Translations under genes and position numbers: made by a program | Source: Actinomycetota bacterium | GTDB taxonomy: Bacteria; Actinomycetota; Actinomycetes; S36-B12 | Reading direction: 5' to 3' | Length of the DNA stretch: 64,000 nucleotides | Assembly (NCBI GenBank): GCA_016717115.1 | Contig: JADKGE010000003.1 | Coordinates: 21,037-85,036 of the forward strand | In this document: positions 37,550 through 47,266 of the stretch, in pieces | Layout: the number at the start of each line of letters is the position of its first letter | Position numbering within the stretch: the stretch's first letter is position 1 | The notes under the pieces: generated by a model | What the model saw: the letters and a program-made list of their open reading frames with translations, nothing else | What the model was told of the DNA's origin: nothing | The model's database searches: none

Positions 37550-38977
37550 TTACGACGTCGTGCCTCCGTAGGACGAGGTGACGCAGGCGGCGGCCGCCGG
37601 GTGCTTGACGGCCCAGAGGCGCCACAGTTCCTCGACACGAGCGGGGAGGGAGAGTTCGGGCTTGAGGCGGAGCTTGGCGCGGTCGGGGTCGTGGGCCTTC
37701 TCGCTCATCGCCCTCGCGTAGTACTTCTCGGTGGTGCGGGTGTCACGGTGCCGGAGCATGGCTGAGGCCTCGAGGTCGGTCGCTCCCGCGTCATGGAGGA
37801 TCGACGCGGTGAAGGCGCGCAGGTCCTTGATCAGGATCGGGTTGCGGCGGGGATCCAGCTCGGGACGACTGTCGTCGCCGACGAGACCCGCGGCCGTTCG
37901 GGCCGGCACCCAGGCGTCGCGGGTCCAGTTGCGGTTGTTGATGATGCCGATGCGCTCGGGGGACTGCTGCCAGCGGTGACCGCGGAACAGCAGATCTCCG
38001 GCCGGGCTCGGGCACTCGGGCTGTGAGATGCGCAGGTGCGCCAGACGCAGCAGCGCCTGCCACAGAGGCGTCGGCAGCGGGATGGTGGCGCGTTGGCCGC
38101 CCTTGACGGGTTCCTCGAGCCACGCGCCCTTGAGTCGCCCGTCGAACGCTGGTGAGCCGGATCGGTCGGCTCGGGTGAGCGCGGCTTTGTGGCCCTGCTT
38201 CCACACCAGTACCCGCGCGACGGTGAGCATCGGCCGGTCGGGCCACACGTCCGTGCACCTCAGCGAGGTCGCCTCGGTCCACCGCAGACCCGACCAGGCG
38301 AGCAGCGCGATCAGTACCTGGTCCTGCTCGAACTTCGGTGTCGCGATGAGGGTGGAGAGGTCAGCCCAGGTCGGCAGCAGCACCAGGCGCGACCGCGAGT
38401 CCTCGTCGGCGTCGGTCTTCGACCAGAACGACGCCACCTGTCCGACAGGGTTCGCGCCAGTGAACTCACCGCGGGTGATCAGCCACTTGAACGTCCCCGA
38501 CAGCAGCCACCGCCCGTACCGAATACGGGACGCGGCGACACCAGCGCCCGCGAGATCCTCGTACCACTTGTTGATCACCGGAGCGGTGACTCTGTTGAGG
38601 GTTAAGGCCCCGATGTTCGCGCGGGGGTGCCTGACGCAGGCGTCGAGGACGGCGCGGTAGCCCTGTTCCGTCGCCGCTGCCCACCGTCCGCGCGCAGCCG
38701 TGGACCGGTACTCGATGTAGCGCTCGACCGCCTGGGCCAGATTCGTCGGAGTCCCAGCGGACGGGACTTCCCGGCGCTCGCTGCGCAGATCGGCGATGAA
38801 GTCGTTGAGGGCCACCCGGGCCTCCGCTTCGGAGCGGAAGATGCCTGGGACGCGCACCCGTTTCCCGTCACCCATCGACGCCGGCAGATACGCGTGCCAC
38901 GTCCCCGAGCCCTTGCGCGGACGCTCCAGGACGGTGCCCACGTTCGCGGTACTGCGCGTCGAGCGTTTACGAGCCAC
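37550..38977 (-). CDS. int: tyrosine-type site-specific integrase with N-terminal arm-binding domain
   Basis: C-terminal LRAFTASILHDAGATDLEASAMLRHRDTRTTEKYY (R..H..RH..Y catalytic pattern). N-terminal GSGTWHAYLP...FRSEAEARVALNDF resembles the AP2-like arm-binding domain. GTG 38977 has GGAGG 6 nt upstream (the track start 39025 is TTG). Confidence 0.85.
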   Translation of the reverse strand: MARKRSTRSTANVGTVLERPRKGSGTWHAYLPASMGDGKRVRVPGIFRSEAEARVALNDFIADLRSERREVPSAGTPTNLAQAVERYIEYRSTAARGRWAAATEQGYRAVLDACVRHPRANIGALTLNRVTAPVINKWYEDLAGAGVAASRIRYGRWLLSGTFKWLITRGEFTGANPVGQVASFWSKTDADEDSRSRLVLLPTWADLSTLIATPKFEQDQVLIALLAWSGLRWTEATSLRCTDVWPDRPMLTVARVLVWKQGHKAALTRADRSGSPAFDGRLKGAWLEEPVKGGQRATIPLPTPLWQALLRLAHLRISQPECPSPAGDLLFRGHRWQQSPERIGIINNRNWTRDAWVPARTAAGLVGDDSRPELDPRRNPILIKDLRAFTASILHDAGATDLEASAMLRHRDTRTTEKYYARAMSEKAHDPDRAKLRLKPELSLPARVEELWRLWAVKHPAAAACVTSSYGGTTS

Positions 38978-39090
38978 GGGTGCCTCCAGAGTTTGGCGCG
39001 ACGCTAGGCCGAACTGCTTCACCAATCCGGCGGACGAGCCTGCCTGTGGACAGGTGACAGTTGGGAGCGAGGCTGTGGATCATTGGTGAC

Positions 39091-39315
39091 TCACCGGTAG
39101 GGGTGATCGCGGTAGCTGTCGATGAAGCACGCGAGGTCCTCGGGCGCGTATCGCACCATCCGCCCGATGCGACGGCACGGAAGCACCCCCCGGCTGGTGA
39201 GGTTGCGGACCATGCTCGACGACATCGAGAGGATCTCGGCGACCTGGTGCACGCGATACAGCTCTGGCCTCATCGACGTCGACACATCCGAAGCACTTGG
39301 CGTTGAGTTGCTCAT
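39091..39315 (-). CDS. xis: excisionase-family helix-turn-helix DNA-binding protein
   Basis: ATG 39315 with AGGAG 6 nt upstream. LYRVHQVAEILSMSSSMVRNLTSRGVLPCRRIGRMVRYAPEDL is the excisionase/AlpA-type HTH. 74 aa. Confidence 0.75.
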   Translation of the reverse strand: MSNSTPSASDVSTSMRPELYRVHQVAEILSMSSSMVRNLTSRGVLPCRRIGRMVRYAPEDLACFIDSYRDHPYR

Positions 39316-39430
39316 GTCTGACTCCTGGCAGGTGTGTGGGGCTCCTACCAGCACTACGGCGAACACCGCTGGGTACCGCGCAAGTTTCGTCAGCGTCGGC
39401 GGCGGCTGCGCTGCGCGCGTCGTCCGCGGC

Positions 39431-39611
39431 GCAAAGCGAAACGCAGACCACAAGAAGACACGAATCAAGAACCACGAACACGAACAACAACGAAGCCAAG
39501 ACCAAGACGATCAACAGAACGACAGATCACTAACACACGAGAACAAGACCACCAAGGACAAGATCAACGACCATCAAGAACGAGCCCAAGAACAAGAACG
39601 AAGCCCCAACC
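39431..39611 (+). repeat. T-depleted CAAGA(A/C)-rich low-complexity tract upstream of xis
   Basis: About 180 nt with only a handful of T on the plus strand. Exact CAAGAAC at 39466, 39575, 39587, 39593, plus many CAAGAC/CAAGAA/CAAGGA variants. All six frames are open as a by-product. Confidence 0.7.
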
Positions 39612-39765
39612 GGGCTGGCATCCTGATGCCTCCGGCGGTTCGGCCTCACAGAATGAGCCCGTGTGACGGTCGGTCGAACGCCCGCCGTGGAAGCGCGTCC
39701 GGCCGTCAAATCGCCCGACCTTGAGTGGCCCTTTCGGGACCGAAAAGGGCGCAATAGGCGCCGGC

Positions 39766-40998
39766 TCAGGTCGTGGACAAGGGCTTCAGCGCCGAGGTGA
39801 GTGGGAGTGCGAGCAGCAGGGCGATTGCCACGACGAGCAGTGTCGAAGAGGGGTCGGTGTGCTCGGCGATGAGTCCGATGAGTGCCGGGCCGCCGAGGAA
39901 TGCGACTACGGTGAGGGACGCGACCACGCTGATTCTGGGAGCCGCCATGCGAGGAGTGTCAGCCGCGGCGCTCATGGCGACCGGGTAGCCGAGAGCGATC
40001 CCGCATCCCCACACGAAGGCGCTGAAGAGCAGGCCGATGGGCTGGTGGACGAGCGCGAAAGCGAGCACGCCGATGATGGCGAGGAGCACACTGGCTCGGA
40101 GTGCAGCGACGCGTCCCATGCGGGCCAAAACTGTCGGACCGACCCATCGAGTGACCGCCATGCCGGCGACGAAGGCGGCATAGGCGAGTGACGCGACCGC
40201 GGCTTTCATGCCACCGGGGTCGGCCGCAGCGACCGCGATCCAGTCCATTCCAGCCCCCTGAGCAAAGGCCAGCGCCACCGCGAACAGACCGATAGCGATG
40301 GTGCGTGGCTCGCGCCAGGCCCGACGCACCGAGCCAGGCTCAGGCTTGCCAGTGTCGTCAGGATTGGCCTCCGTGAAGTGTCGACCAGCGACCATGCACG
40401 TCACGGCGACGGCGGCCGCGATGGTGCACAGGTGTGCCGGAACGGAGATGCCGAACCCATTGGCAGCGACTCCCGCCAGCGCTCCGACAACGGTCCCGAT
40501 GGAGAAGACCGCGTGGAACCTCGGCATGATGGCGCGCCCCGAGGCTCGCTCGACAGCGGCTCCCTCCACGTTCTGGGCCACGTTCCAGAAGGCGGTGCAG
40601 AAGCCGAATATGAGCAGGCCAATGCCGACGACCGGGGGCCCGAACAACACTCCGAGGCCGGTAGTGGCGACACCCACGGCGGCACCGAGGCCGCCGTGAG
40701 CCACGGCCCGCGCCGGACCGAGCCACCCGACCAGATGCCCAGCCAGTGGCAAGGCCAGCAGCGTCCCGACGCCCACGCACACGATCAGAAGACCAAGAGT
40801 GGACGGCGTCAGACCGAGGTCATCGCGCATCTGGGGAATCCGCGAGGCCCAGCTCGCGACCAGCACACCGTTGGCAGCAAAGGAGGCATAGACCGCAAGG
40901 GTCACGATGCGTAGATGTTCTCCACCCCTCGCCGAGTCGGCGGTCACGGCAACGGCGCTGGACCCGAACTCGCCCGCACGGCTAGTTCGCCGACCCAC
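39766..40998 (-). CDS. MFS transporter
   Basis: 410-aa ORF with a 12-TM-like hydrophobic pattern. The track start 40998 overlaps the lacI-type gene by 55 nt, so GTG 40947 or 40905 may be the true start. Confidence 0.7.
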   Translation of the reverse strand: MGRRTSRAGEFGSSAVAVTADSARGGEHLRIVTLAVYASFAANGVLVASWASRIPQMRDDLGLTPSTLGLLIVCVGVGTLLALPLAGHLVGWLGPARAVAHGGLGAAVGVATTGLGVLFGPPVVGIGLLIFGFCTAFWNVAQNVEGAAVERASGRAIMPRFHAVFSIGTVVGALAGVAANGFGISVPAHLCTIAAAVAVTCMVAGRHFTEANPDDTGKPEPGSVRRAWREPRTIAIGLFAVALAFAQGAGMDWIAVAAADPGGMKAAVASLAYAAFVAGMAVTRWVGPTVLARMGRVAALRASVLLAIIGVLAFALVHQPIGLLFSAFVWGCGIALGYPVAMSAAADTPRMAAPRISVVASLTVVAFLGGPALIGLIAEHTDPSSTLLVVAIALLLALPLTSALKPLSTT

Positions 40999-41966
40999 AG
41001 TTGCTGCTCGGGAGGGAGCTCGAGTCCGGCGATGGACCTGATGAGGAGGCGCGCCGCCGTACGGCCGATTTGCTCGGCCGGAGAACTGATGGTCGTGATG
41101 GCTGGGGTGGTGGCGGATGCGAAGTCCTCGGGCGTGCCGATGGAGACGATAGACAGGTCCTCGGGAATGTGGACGCCCTGCTCGATCGCTTCCTGCATCA
41201 AGCCGATCGTTGCCTCAACGTTCAGGCAGATGAGTGCGGTGCAACCAGGGGCGTCCGCCGAAAGCCGTCCCAGTGCCTCTCGCCCGGCTTCGATCGTCGA
41301 CTCGCAGTAGACGACCGCACCCGTAGTTCCCGTTGCCTCGAGTGCTGATCGGAAACCGTTCTCGGCCCGCACGGGTGCGCCAAGCTTGAGGTCGATGTTG
41401 CGCTGAGGGCCGGACAGGTAGCCGATGCGTGTGTGACCGAGACCGACGAGGTACTGGGTGGCCTTGAGCATGGCTGCTTGGAAGTCGCGGTCCGCCGCGA
41501 TCGCCGCGTCAGACTTCGCTCCGGTGCGGCCGATGAGGCCTACGGGCACGCCGGCCTTGCCGAGGGTGCGTAACCGCTCATCCTTCATGCGGACTTCCAT
41601 GAGCAGCACGCCGCCGATGAGTCCGGCTTGGAACAACGACGCCACGTCACTGACGTCGCGATCCTCTGTTGGCCACAGCAGCAGGTGGTAGCCGAGCTCA
41701 CGGGCAGCGCTTGCCGCGCCGAGAACGTACTCGAGGTCAGCATTGGAGATTCCGCGCTCTTGGCTGGGAAACAGCAGGGCGATGATCGAGCTGCTTCCAC
41801 CTGCGAGGGCCTGAGCCATCAGGTTGGGCCGGTAGTCGAGTTCGCGCATCGCCTCGAACACGCGCTCGCGTGTCGCCTGGGAGATGGTCCGCTTGCCGCT
41901 GAGGGCATACGACACGGTCGCCTCGGACACTCCTGCCCGTTGAGCGACATCCTTGCGAGTAGGCAT
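40944..41966 (-). CDS. LacI-family transcriptional regulator
   Basis: MPTRKDVAQRAGVSEATVSYALSGKRTISQATRERVFEAMRELDYRPN HTH. Periplasmic-binding-fold C-terminus. ATG 41966 lies 9 nt after GGAGG. Confidence 0.85.
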   Translation of the reverse strand: MPTRKDVAQRAGVSEATVSYALSGKRTISQATRERVFEAMRELDYRPNLMAQALAGGSSSIIALLFPSQERGISNADLEYVLGAASAARELGYHLLLWPTEDRDVSDVASLFQAGLIGGVLLMEVRMKDERLRTLGKAGVPVGLIGRTGAKSDAAIAADRDFQAAMLKATQYLVGLGHTRIGYLSGPQRNIDLKLGAPVRAENGFRSALEATGTTGAVVYCESTIEAGREALGRLSADAPGCTALICLNVEATIGLMQEAIEQGVHIPEDLSIVSIGTPEDFASATTPAITTISSPAEQIGRTAARLLIRSIAGLELPPEQQLWVGELAVRASSGPAPLP

Positions 41967-42062
41967 GCGGGACATCCTCCAAGAGGTGGGCGCGCGGACT
42001 TCCATCGACCCGCCGAAGGCCGGTCCAGGTCGCCGTGATCGTCGTTGCAGATTTGTTATGTT

Positions 42063-42088
42063 CCAGTGTTGACGCGCGTCAACACTGG
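42063..42088. promoter_or_regulatory. perfect 26-bp palindrome, LacI-type operator candidate
   Basis: CCAGTGTTGACGCGCGTCAACACTGG equals its own reverse complement. Lies in the divergent region between the LacI gene and the ABC operon. Confidence 0.7.
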
Positions 42089-42225
42089 CGTTTACCTTAT
42101 GCGAGACGTTCCCTTCTGTGCACGGAAGACGACTGTCGCCGGTTGGTCCCCACCAGGGCTGATCGGGCTCCACCAAGACAATCCAGTCGGCCCGGCGACG
42201 TGGCCACCACTACAGGAGAAGGCAC

Positions 42226-43638
42226 ATGAAGTTCAGGCACAACATGCACACGAGGGGACGGTCGACGTCCATCCTCAGCGGAGTGGCCGTTGTGGCCGTT
42301 GCCGCTTTGACGCTTACCGCCTGCGGAGGCTCGTCCAGCTCTTCGGAGTCTTCGGCCGCGGCCGGTGACAAGGCGAGCACGGCAGCGAGCGCCGCGGCGT
42401 CCGCGGCGGCCAGCGCCGCCCCCGCCGGTGAGGTCACCAAGATCACGGTGTGGGCGCAGGAGGGCCAGGAGGGAGAGGTCCAGGCGGCCAAGGACGAGGT
42501 TGCCGCGTTCAACGCTGCCAACCCGAACATCCAGGCCGAGCTGACCCTGATTCCTCAGGCGACCTACGGCCAGACGCTGGCATCGACCTACGTGGACGCC
42601 CTTCCGGATGTTTACGAGTTCGACGGCGAGACGGTCGGCGCCCTCGTGTACGCCGGCAAGGTGGCACCGCTGGAAGGCCTCGTCGATCAGTCCGTCTTCG
42701 ACAACGAACTGCCGTCCCTGGTGGCCGAGGGAACCGTCGACGGCAAGATCTACTCGGTTTCGCAGTACGACTCGGGTCTCGCGCTGTACGGCAACAAGGC
42801 CATGCTCGAGGCTGCCGGCATCACGGACATTCCCACGACCGTCGATCAGGCCTGGACCGCCGAGGAGTTCCAGACTGTCCTGGAGAAGCTCGCCAAGGTG
42901 GGCAAGGACGGCAAGGCGATCGACCTCAAGGAGCAGTACGCCGGCACGTGGCCGGGCTATGCCTTCACCCCGGTCGTGAACTCGGCCGGATTCCCGCTCA
43001 TCAAGGACGGCAAGGCTGAGGGTTCGCTCAACTCCCCCGAAGTCGCTGCGGCTCTCTCCCAGATTGCCAGCTGGCGCCAGTACGTCGATCCCAATGCCGA
43101 CGACAAGGCGTTCACCGACAAGCGCGTGGGACTGGCCTGGGTTGGCCACTGGGCATACGGCGCCAACAAGGAAGCTCTCGGTGAGGATCTCGTCGTCATC
43201 CCGCTGCCCGACTGGGGCAATGGCACGAAGAGCGGCCAGGGATCGCACAGCTGGGGCATCGGCGCCAATGCGGCCAACAAGGAGGCCGGTGGCAAGTTCC
43301 TCGACTTCATCATGCAGGACCAGTGGGTCGATCAGATCACCAAGGCCAACGGGGCTGTGCCGGCGAACAAGGCCGTCCTTGCCGCCAGCGAGCTGTACGG
43401 ACCGGGCGGCGACCTTGAGCTCTACGGCCAGCAGCTCGCGCTGACCTGCGGCTCGGCCGACCCGACACCGGAGTGCGTCACTGTGCCCCGCACGATCAGC
43501 GCCGCCTGGCCGGTCATCAACCAGAAGTTCAGCGACGCCTTCTGGGCGATCTACGGCGGCGGCGATGCACAGGCCGAGCTGGACAAGGCTGCCAAGGCGA
43601 TCGATCAGGATGCAGCCGACAACAACAACTACCAGTAG
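42226..43638 (+). CDS. sugar ABC transporter substrate-binding lipoprotein
   Basis: Signal plus lipobox VAALTLTACGGSSS. 470 aa with a family-1 solute-binding pattern. Confidence 0.8.
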   Translation: MKFRHNMHTRGRSTSILSGVAVVAVAALTLTACGGSSSSSESSAAAGDKASTAASAAASAAASAAPAGEVTKITVWAQEGQEGEVQAAKDEVAAFNAANPNIQAELTLIPQATYGQTLASTYVDALPDVYEFDGETVGALVYAGKVAPLEGLVDQSVFDNELPSLVAEGTVDGKIYSVSQYDSGLALYGNKAMLEAAGITDIPTTVDQAWTAEEFQTVLEKLAKVGKDGKAIDLKEQYAGTWPGYAFTPVVNSAGFPLIKDGKAEGSLNSPEVAAALSQIASWRQYVDPNADDKAFTDKRVGLAWVGHWAYGANKEALGEDLVVIPLPDWGNGTKSGQGSHSWGIGANAANKEAGGKFLDFIMQDQWVDQITKANGAVPANKAVLAASELYGPGGDLELYGQQLALTCGSADPTPECVTVPRTISAAWPVINQKFSDAFWAIYGGGDAQAELDKAAKAIDQDAADNNNYQ

Positions 43639-43751
43639 TACCTGACCGCACGTGGGTCATCAGGAGCGCCGGGCCAGTCGGTCTGGCCCGGCGCTCCTTC
43701 CCCCAGCACTTTGAGGTACCCAGCACTTCCGAGGCTCGAAGGAGCTAGCCG

Positions 43752-44687
43752 ATGGCAACGAATCAGCAGGTAGCCCCTGCCAAGCAGAGGTTCGGATACG
43801 ACAACACGGCAGGCTTCATGATGAGCCTGCCGGCCCTGCTTCTGCTCGCCTTGTTCGTGCTGGTCCCATTCGTGATGGCTTTCGTCCTGTCGATGCAGAA
43901 CGTGCGCCTTGATGGGGCTCGACCCAACGTATGGATGGGCTTGGAGCAGTACCGGCGGATCCTGCTGGATCCCGATACGAGCTCGGTCTTCTATCGCTCA
44001 CTTCTCAACAACTTCATCTTTGCCCTCATCGTTGTGCCGATCCAGACCGCGTTGGCCGTGGGCTTGGCCGTGATGGTGAACCAGAAGCTCAAGGGCATCG
44101 CCATCTTCCGGACCATCTTCTTCCTGCCGGTGGTGTTCCCCATGGCACTGGTGGCGACGATCTGGAGTCTCATCTTCGCCCGCGACAGTCTCGGGATGCT
44201 CAACGGATTCCTGGCGGCCGTCACGTTCGGCATGATCGGCCCGCAGGACTGGCTGGGCGACCCCAAGCTCGCACTTCTGTCCATCGCCATCATGTCCATC
44301 TGGGCCGGCGTCGGCTTCCAGATGATCATCGTGCTTGCCGGACTCCAAGGCATCCCTCAGGAACTGTACGAGGCTGCCACCCTCGACCGCGCAAACCCAT
44401 GGCAGCAGTTCTGGAACGTTACGATTTTGGGCCTGCGCAACACACTGGTCTTCGTCATCATCGTGACAACGATCTTCTCGTTCCGGCTCTTCGATCAGGT
44501 CTACATCATGACGCGAGGCGGACCGGGCGACTCCACTTCGACCGTCATGTACCAGGCCGTGACTTCAGCGTTCGTGGAGAACAACGTGGGTCGTGGTGCC
44601 GCTATGACCGTCGTCTTCGTCTTCGTCATCATCGCGATCACCCTGCTCCAGCAGCGCATCTTCCGCCAGAACAGGGAGGTCCAGTGA
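43752..44687 (+). CDS. sugar ABC transporter permease
   Basis: 311 aa, 6 TM, EAA-type loop (AATLDRANPWQQFWNVTILGLRN). Confidence 0.8.
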   Translation: MATNQQVAPAKQRFGYDNTAGFMMSLPALLLLALFVLVPFVMAFVLSMQNVRLDGARPNVWMGLEQYRRILLDPDTSSVFYRSLLNNFIFALIVVPIQTALAVGLAVMVNQKLKGIAIFRTIFFLPVVFPMALVATIWSLIFARDSLGMLNGFLAAVTFGMIGPQDWLGDPKLALLSIAIMSIWAGVGFQMIIVLAGLQGIPQELYEAATLDRANPWQQFWNVTILGLRNTLVFVIIVTTIFSFRLFDQVYIMTRGGPGDSTSTVMYQAVTSAFVENNVGRGAAMTVVFVFVIIAITLLQQRIFRQNREVQ

Positions 44688-45583
44688 CAACCGCGATCGC
44701 CGAGACTCCGACGAGTCAGGCTGCTCCGCACAAGGGCATGACCCTTCGCACGCGCAAGAACATCTCCAACGCGATCTCCTACTTCTTCCTCTGCCTGGTG
44801 TCGCCGCTGTTCCTGGCGCCCATCGCCTACATGATCATCGGCTCGTTCAAGCCGTCCGATGAGGTGCTCAACGGACTCGGCGGGTTCCTGCCGACGAACC
44901 TGTCGCTGGACAACTACAGCGGCGTCATGGGTCGGTTCGACAGCGACGCATCGGGGTACTTCTGGAACTTCTACCTGACGTCGCTGATCGTCAGCCTGGT
45001 GATCGTGATCGGCGGGCTGGTGATCAACTCGATGGCGGCGTATGCCCTCGCCCGATTGAGGTGGGTCGGGCGCAACCTCGTGCTCTCGATCATCGTGCTG
45101 CTCGTGATCCTGCCCTTCGAAGCGATCGCGGTGCCGTTGTTCTACCTGATGAACGGGATGAGGAACACGTACTACGTGCAGTTCCTGCCCTTCATCGCCA
45201 GCGCATTCTCGATCTACCTGTTCTATACGTTCTTCATCAGCATCCCCAACGAGATCCAGGAGTCCGCGCGGCTCGATGGAGCCAAGCCCTTCCGCGTGTT
45301 CATATCGATCATCGTCCCGATGTCGAAGCCGGTGTACGCGTCCGTCACGATCCTTACGTTCCTCGCGGCCTGGTCGTCGTTCCTCTTCCCAGTCATGATG
45401 ATCGACCAGCCTCGGGTCCGCCCGCTCCCGCTCGCTATCGCGGTGTTCAAGGCTCAGCCGCCGACGGACTGGGGCCAGATCTTCGCGTTCGGCGTTCTAC
45501 TGGTCATCCCGGTAGTCCTCGTCTTCCTGGTGTTCCAGCGGTGGTTCATCCAGAGCGTCGCCTCATCGGCGGTCAAGGGCTAG
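44684..45583 (+). CDS. carbohydrate ABC transporter permease
   Basis: GTG 44684 (GTGA overlap), in frame in ORF 43931..45583. ESARLDGAKPFRVFISIIVPMSKP EAA loop. Confidence 0.8.
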   Translation: MTTAIAETPTSQAAPHKGMTLRTRKNISNAISYFFLCLVSPLFLAPIAYMIIGSFKPSDEVLNGLGGFLPTNLSLDNYSGVMGRFDSDASGYFWNFYLTSLIVSLVIVIGGLVINSMAAYALARLRWVGRNLVLSIIVLLVILPFEAIAVPLFYLMNGMRNTYYVQFLPFIASAFSIYLFYTFFISIPNEIQESARLDGAKPFRVFISIIVPMSKPVYASVTILTFLAAWSSFLFPVMMIDQPRVRPLPLAIAVFKAQPPTDWGQIFAFGVLLVIPVVLVFLVFQRWFIQSVASSAVKG

Positions 45584-45585
45584 CA

Positions 45586-47265
45586 GTGTCACTTTCCACA
45601 GTCCCCAACTCCACCAGTGAGGCGGGCCCACAGGTCGATGTCGAGTCAAGCCGGGCCTGGTGGCAGCAGGCCGTCGTCTACCAGATCTATCCGAGGAGCT
45701 TCGCCGACTCCAATGCGGACGGCATAGGGGATCTGCGTGGGATCGTCAGCCGCATCGACTACCTGACCAAGCTCGGCATAGACGCGGTGTGGCTCAGCCC
45801 GTTCTACCCATCCGGCTGGGCTGATGGCGGCTACGACGTCGCGGACTATCGGAACGTCGATCCGCGATTCGGCACCCTGGAGGACTTCGATCTTCTTGTG
45901 CAGTCTCTGCACGCCGTCGGCATCCGGATCATGGTCGATCTGGTGCCCAACCATTCCTCGAGGCTCCACCCGTGGTTCGTGGAGGCACTGGCCGCGGGAC
46001 CTGGCTCACCAGAAAGGGATCGCTACATCTTCCGCGACGGTCGCGGAGTCGATGGTTCGCTGCCTCCCAACGACTGGCCCTCGCACTGGGGCCCGCAGGG
46101 GTGGACACGTGTCGAGGACGGGCAGTGGTACCTGCACTTCTTCAGCCCCGATCAACCCGACTTCAACTGGGACAACGCCGAGGTGCGTCAGGAGTTCGAG
46201 CACACGATCCGGTTCTGGGCCGATCGTGGGGTGGACGGATTCCGGGTCGACGTCGCACATGGACTGGTCAAGGACATGTCCGAGCCGTATCAGCACTTCA
46301 CGAGCTTCAGCCCGCTCCTGACCCCCACCGACGGCAGCCACCCGCTCTTCGACCGCGACGACGTTCACGAGATCTACCGCGGCTGGCGAGCCATCTTCGA
46401 GGCGTACGACCCGCCGCGGATGGCCGTGGCAGAGGCGGCTGTTCCTGCCGAGCGGATCCCGCTGTATGCCAGTTCGGATGGCCTCAATCAGGCCTTCAAC
46501 TTCGACCTGCTGTTCACGGAGTGGAGCGCTGCAGAGTTCCGCACGGCCATCTCCACCAATCTCGATATCGCTAGCAGCTCCGGGTCCCCCAGCACGTGGG
46601 TGCTGTCCAACCATGATTGCGTCCGACATGCATCCCGCTATGCGCTCCCACCGGGCACCGATCGCAACGCGTGGCTTCTCGCGAGTGGCAGGGAGCCTTC
46701 AGAGGACCGGTCCACCGGCCAGTCGCGTGCACGGGCAGCGATCATGCTGCTGCTGGCTTTGCCGGGCTCGGCCTATCTCTACCAGGGTGAGGAGCTGGGA
46801 CTCTTCGAAGTGGCGAACCTGGACGTGGCCACCCTTCTCGACCCCGTGTGGACACGAACCCTGCACACGGAGAAGGGCCGAGATGGCTGCAGAGTGCCGC
46901 TTCCCTGGCGGGCCGCGACGGACAACTTCGGGTTCAGCGCTGGAGCGAGCCCTCTCCATCAGCCCGGTTGGTTCGCAGACTTCGCAGTCGACGCTCAAGA
47001 GGCCGACCAGTCGTCGACGCTGGCCCTCTATCGTGCGGCGATCTCTCTCCGGAAGCAGCTGCAAGGGCGGGACGTCCTGGCATGGGTCGACACCGCCGAC
47101 GAGGACGTGCTGCACTTCACGCGGCCCGGAGGCTGGCAGTCCATCACCAACTTCGGTTCGTCCCCCGTCCCACTCCCGGTTGGCAAGGTCCTCCTTTCGA
47201 GCGGTCCGCTGCTCGATGGCCTGCTACCCGCCGATACCACTGCGTGGCTGACGAGTACGGCCTGA
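45586..47265 (+). CDS. GH13 alpha-glucosidase / oligo-1,6-glucosidase-like
   Basis: GTG 45586 in frame in ORF 45061..47265. WWQQAVVYQIYPRSFADSNADGIGDLRGI, DLVPNHSS, GVDGFRVDVAHGL. Confidence 0.85.
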   Translation: MSLSTVPNSTSEAGPQVDVESSRAWWQQAVVYQIYPRSFADSNADGIGDLRGIVSRIDYLTKLGIDAVWLSPFYPSGWADGGYDVADYRNVDPRFGTLEDFDLLVQSLHAVGIRIMVDLVPNHSSRLHPWFVEALAAGPGSPERDRYIFRDGRGVDGSLPPNDWPSHWGPQGWTRVEDGQWYLHFFSPDQPDFNWDNAEVRQEFEHTIRFWADRGVDGFRVDVAHGLVKDMSEPYQHFTSFSPLLTPTDGSHPLFDRDDVHEIYRGWRAIFEAYDPPRMAVAEAAVPAERIPLYASSDGLNQAFNFDLLFTEWSAAEFRTAISTNLDIASSSGSPSTWVLSNHDCVRHASRYALPPGTDRNAWLLASGREPSEDRSTGQSRARAAIMLLLALPGSAYLYQGEELGLFEVANLDVATLLDPVWTRTLHTEKGRDGCRVPLPWRAATDNFGFSAGASPLHQPGWFADFAVDAQEADQSSTLALYRAAISLRKQLQGRDVLAWVDTADEDVLHFTRPGGWQSITNFGSSPVPLPVGKVLLSSGPLLDGLLPADTTAWLTSTA

Positions 47266-47266
47266 C

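Noticed and set aside
39122-39724. ORFs of 78-200 aa running through the T-depleted tract (39122..39724, 39297..39533, 39334..39666, 39080..39514).
   Set aside because: The open frames are a by-product of the absence of T (no stop codons possible). The translations are low-complexity (K/R/T/N/Q/E runs). One overlaps the well-supported xis gene on the opposite strand.
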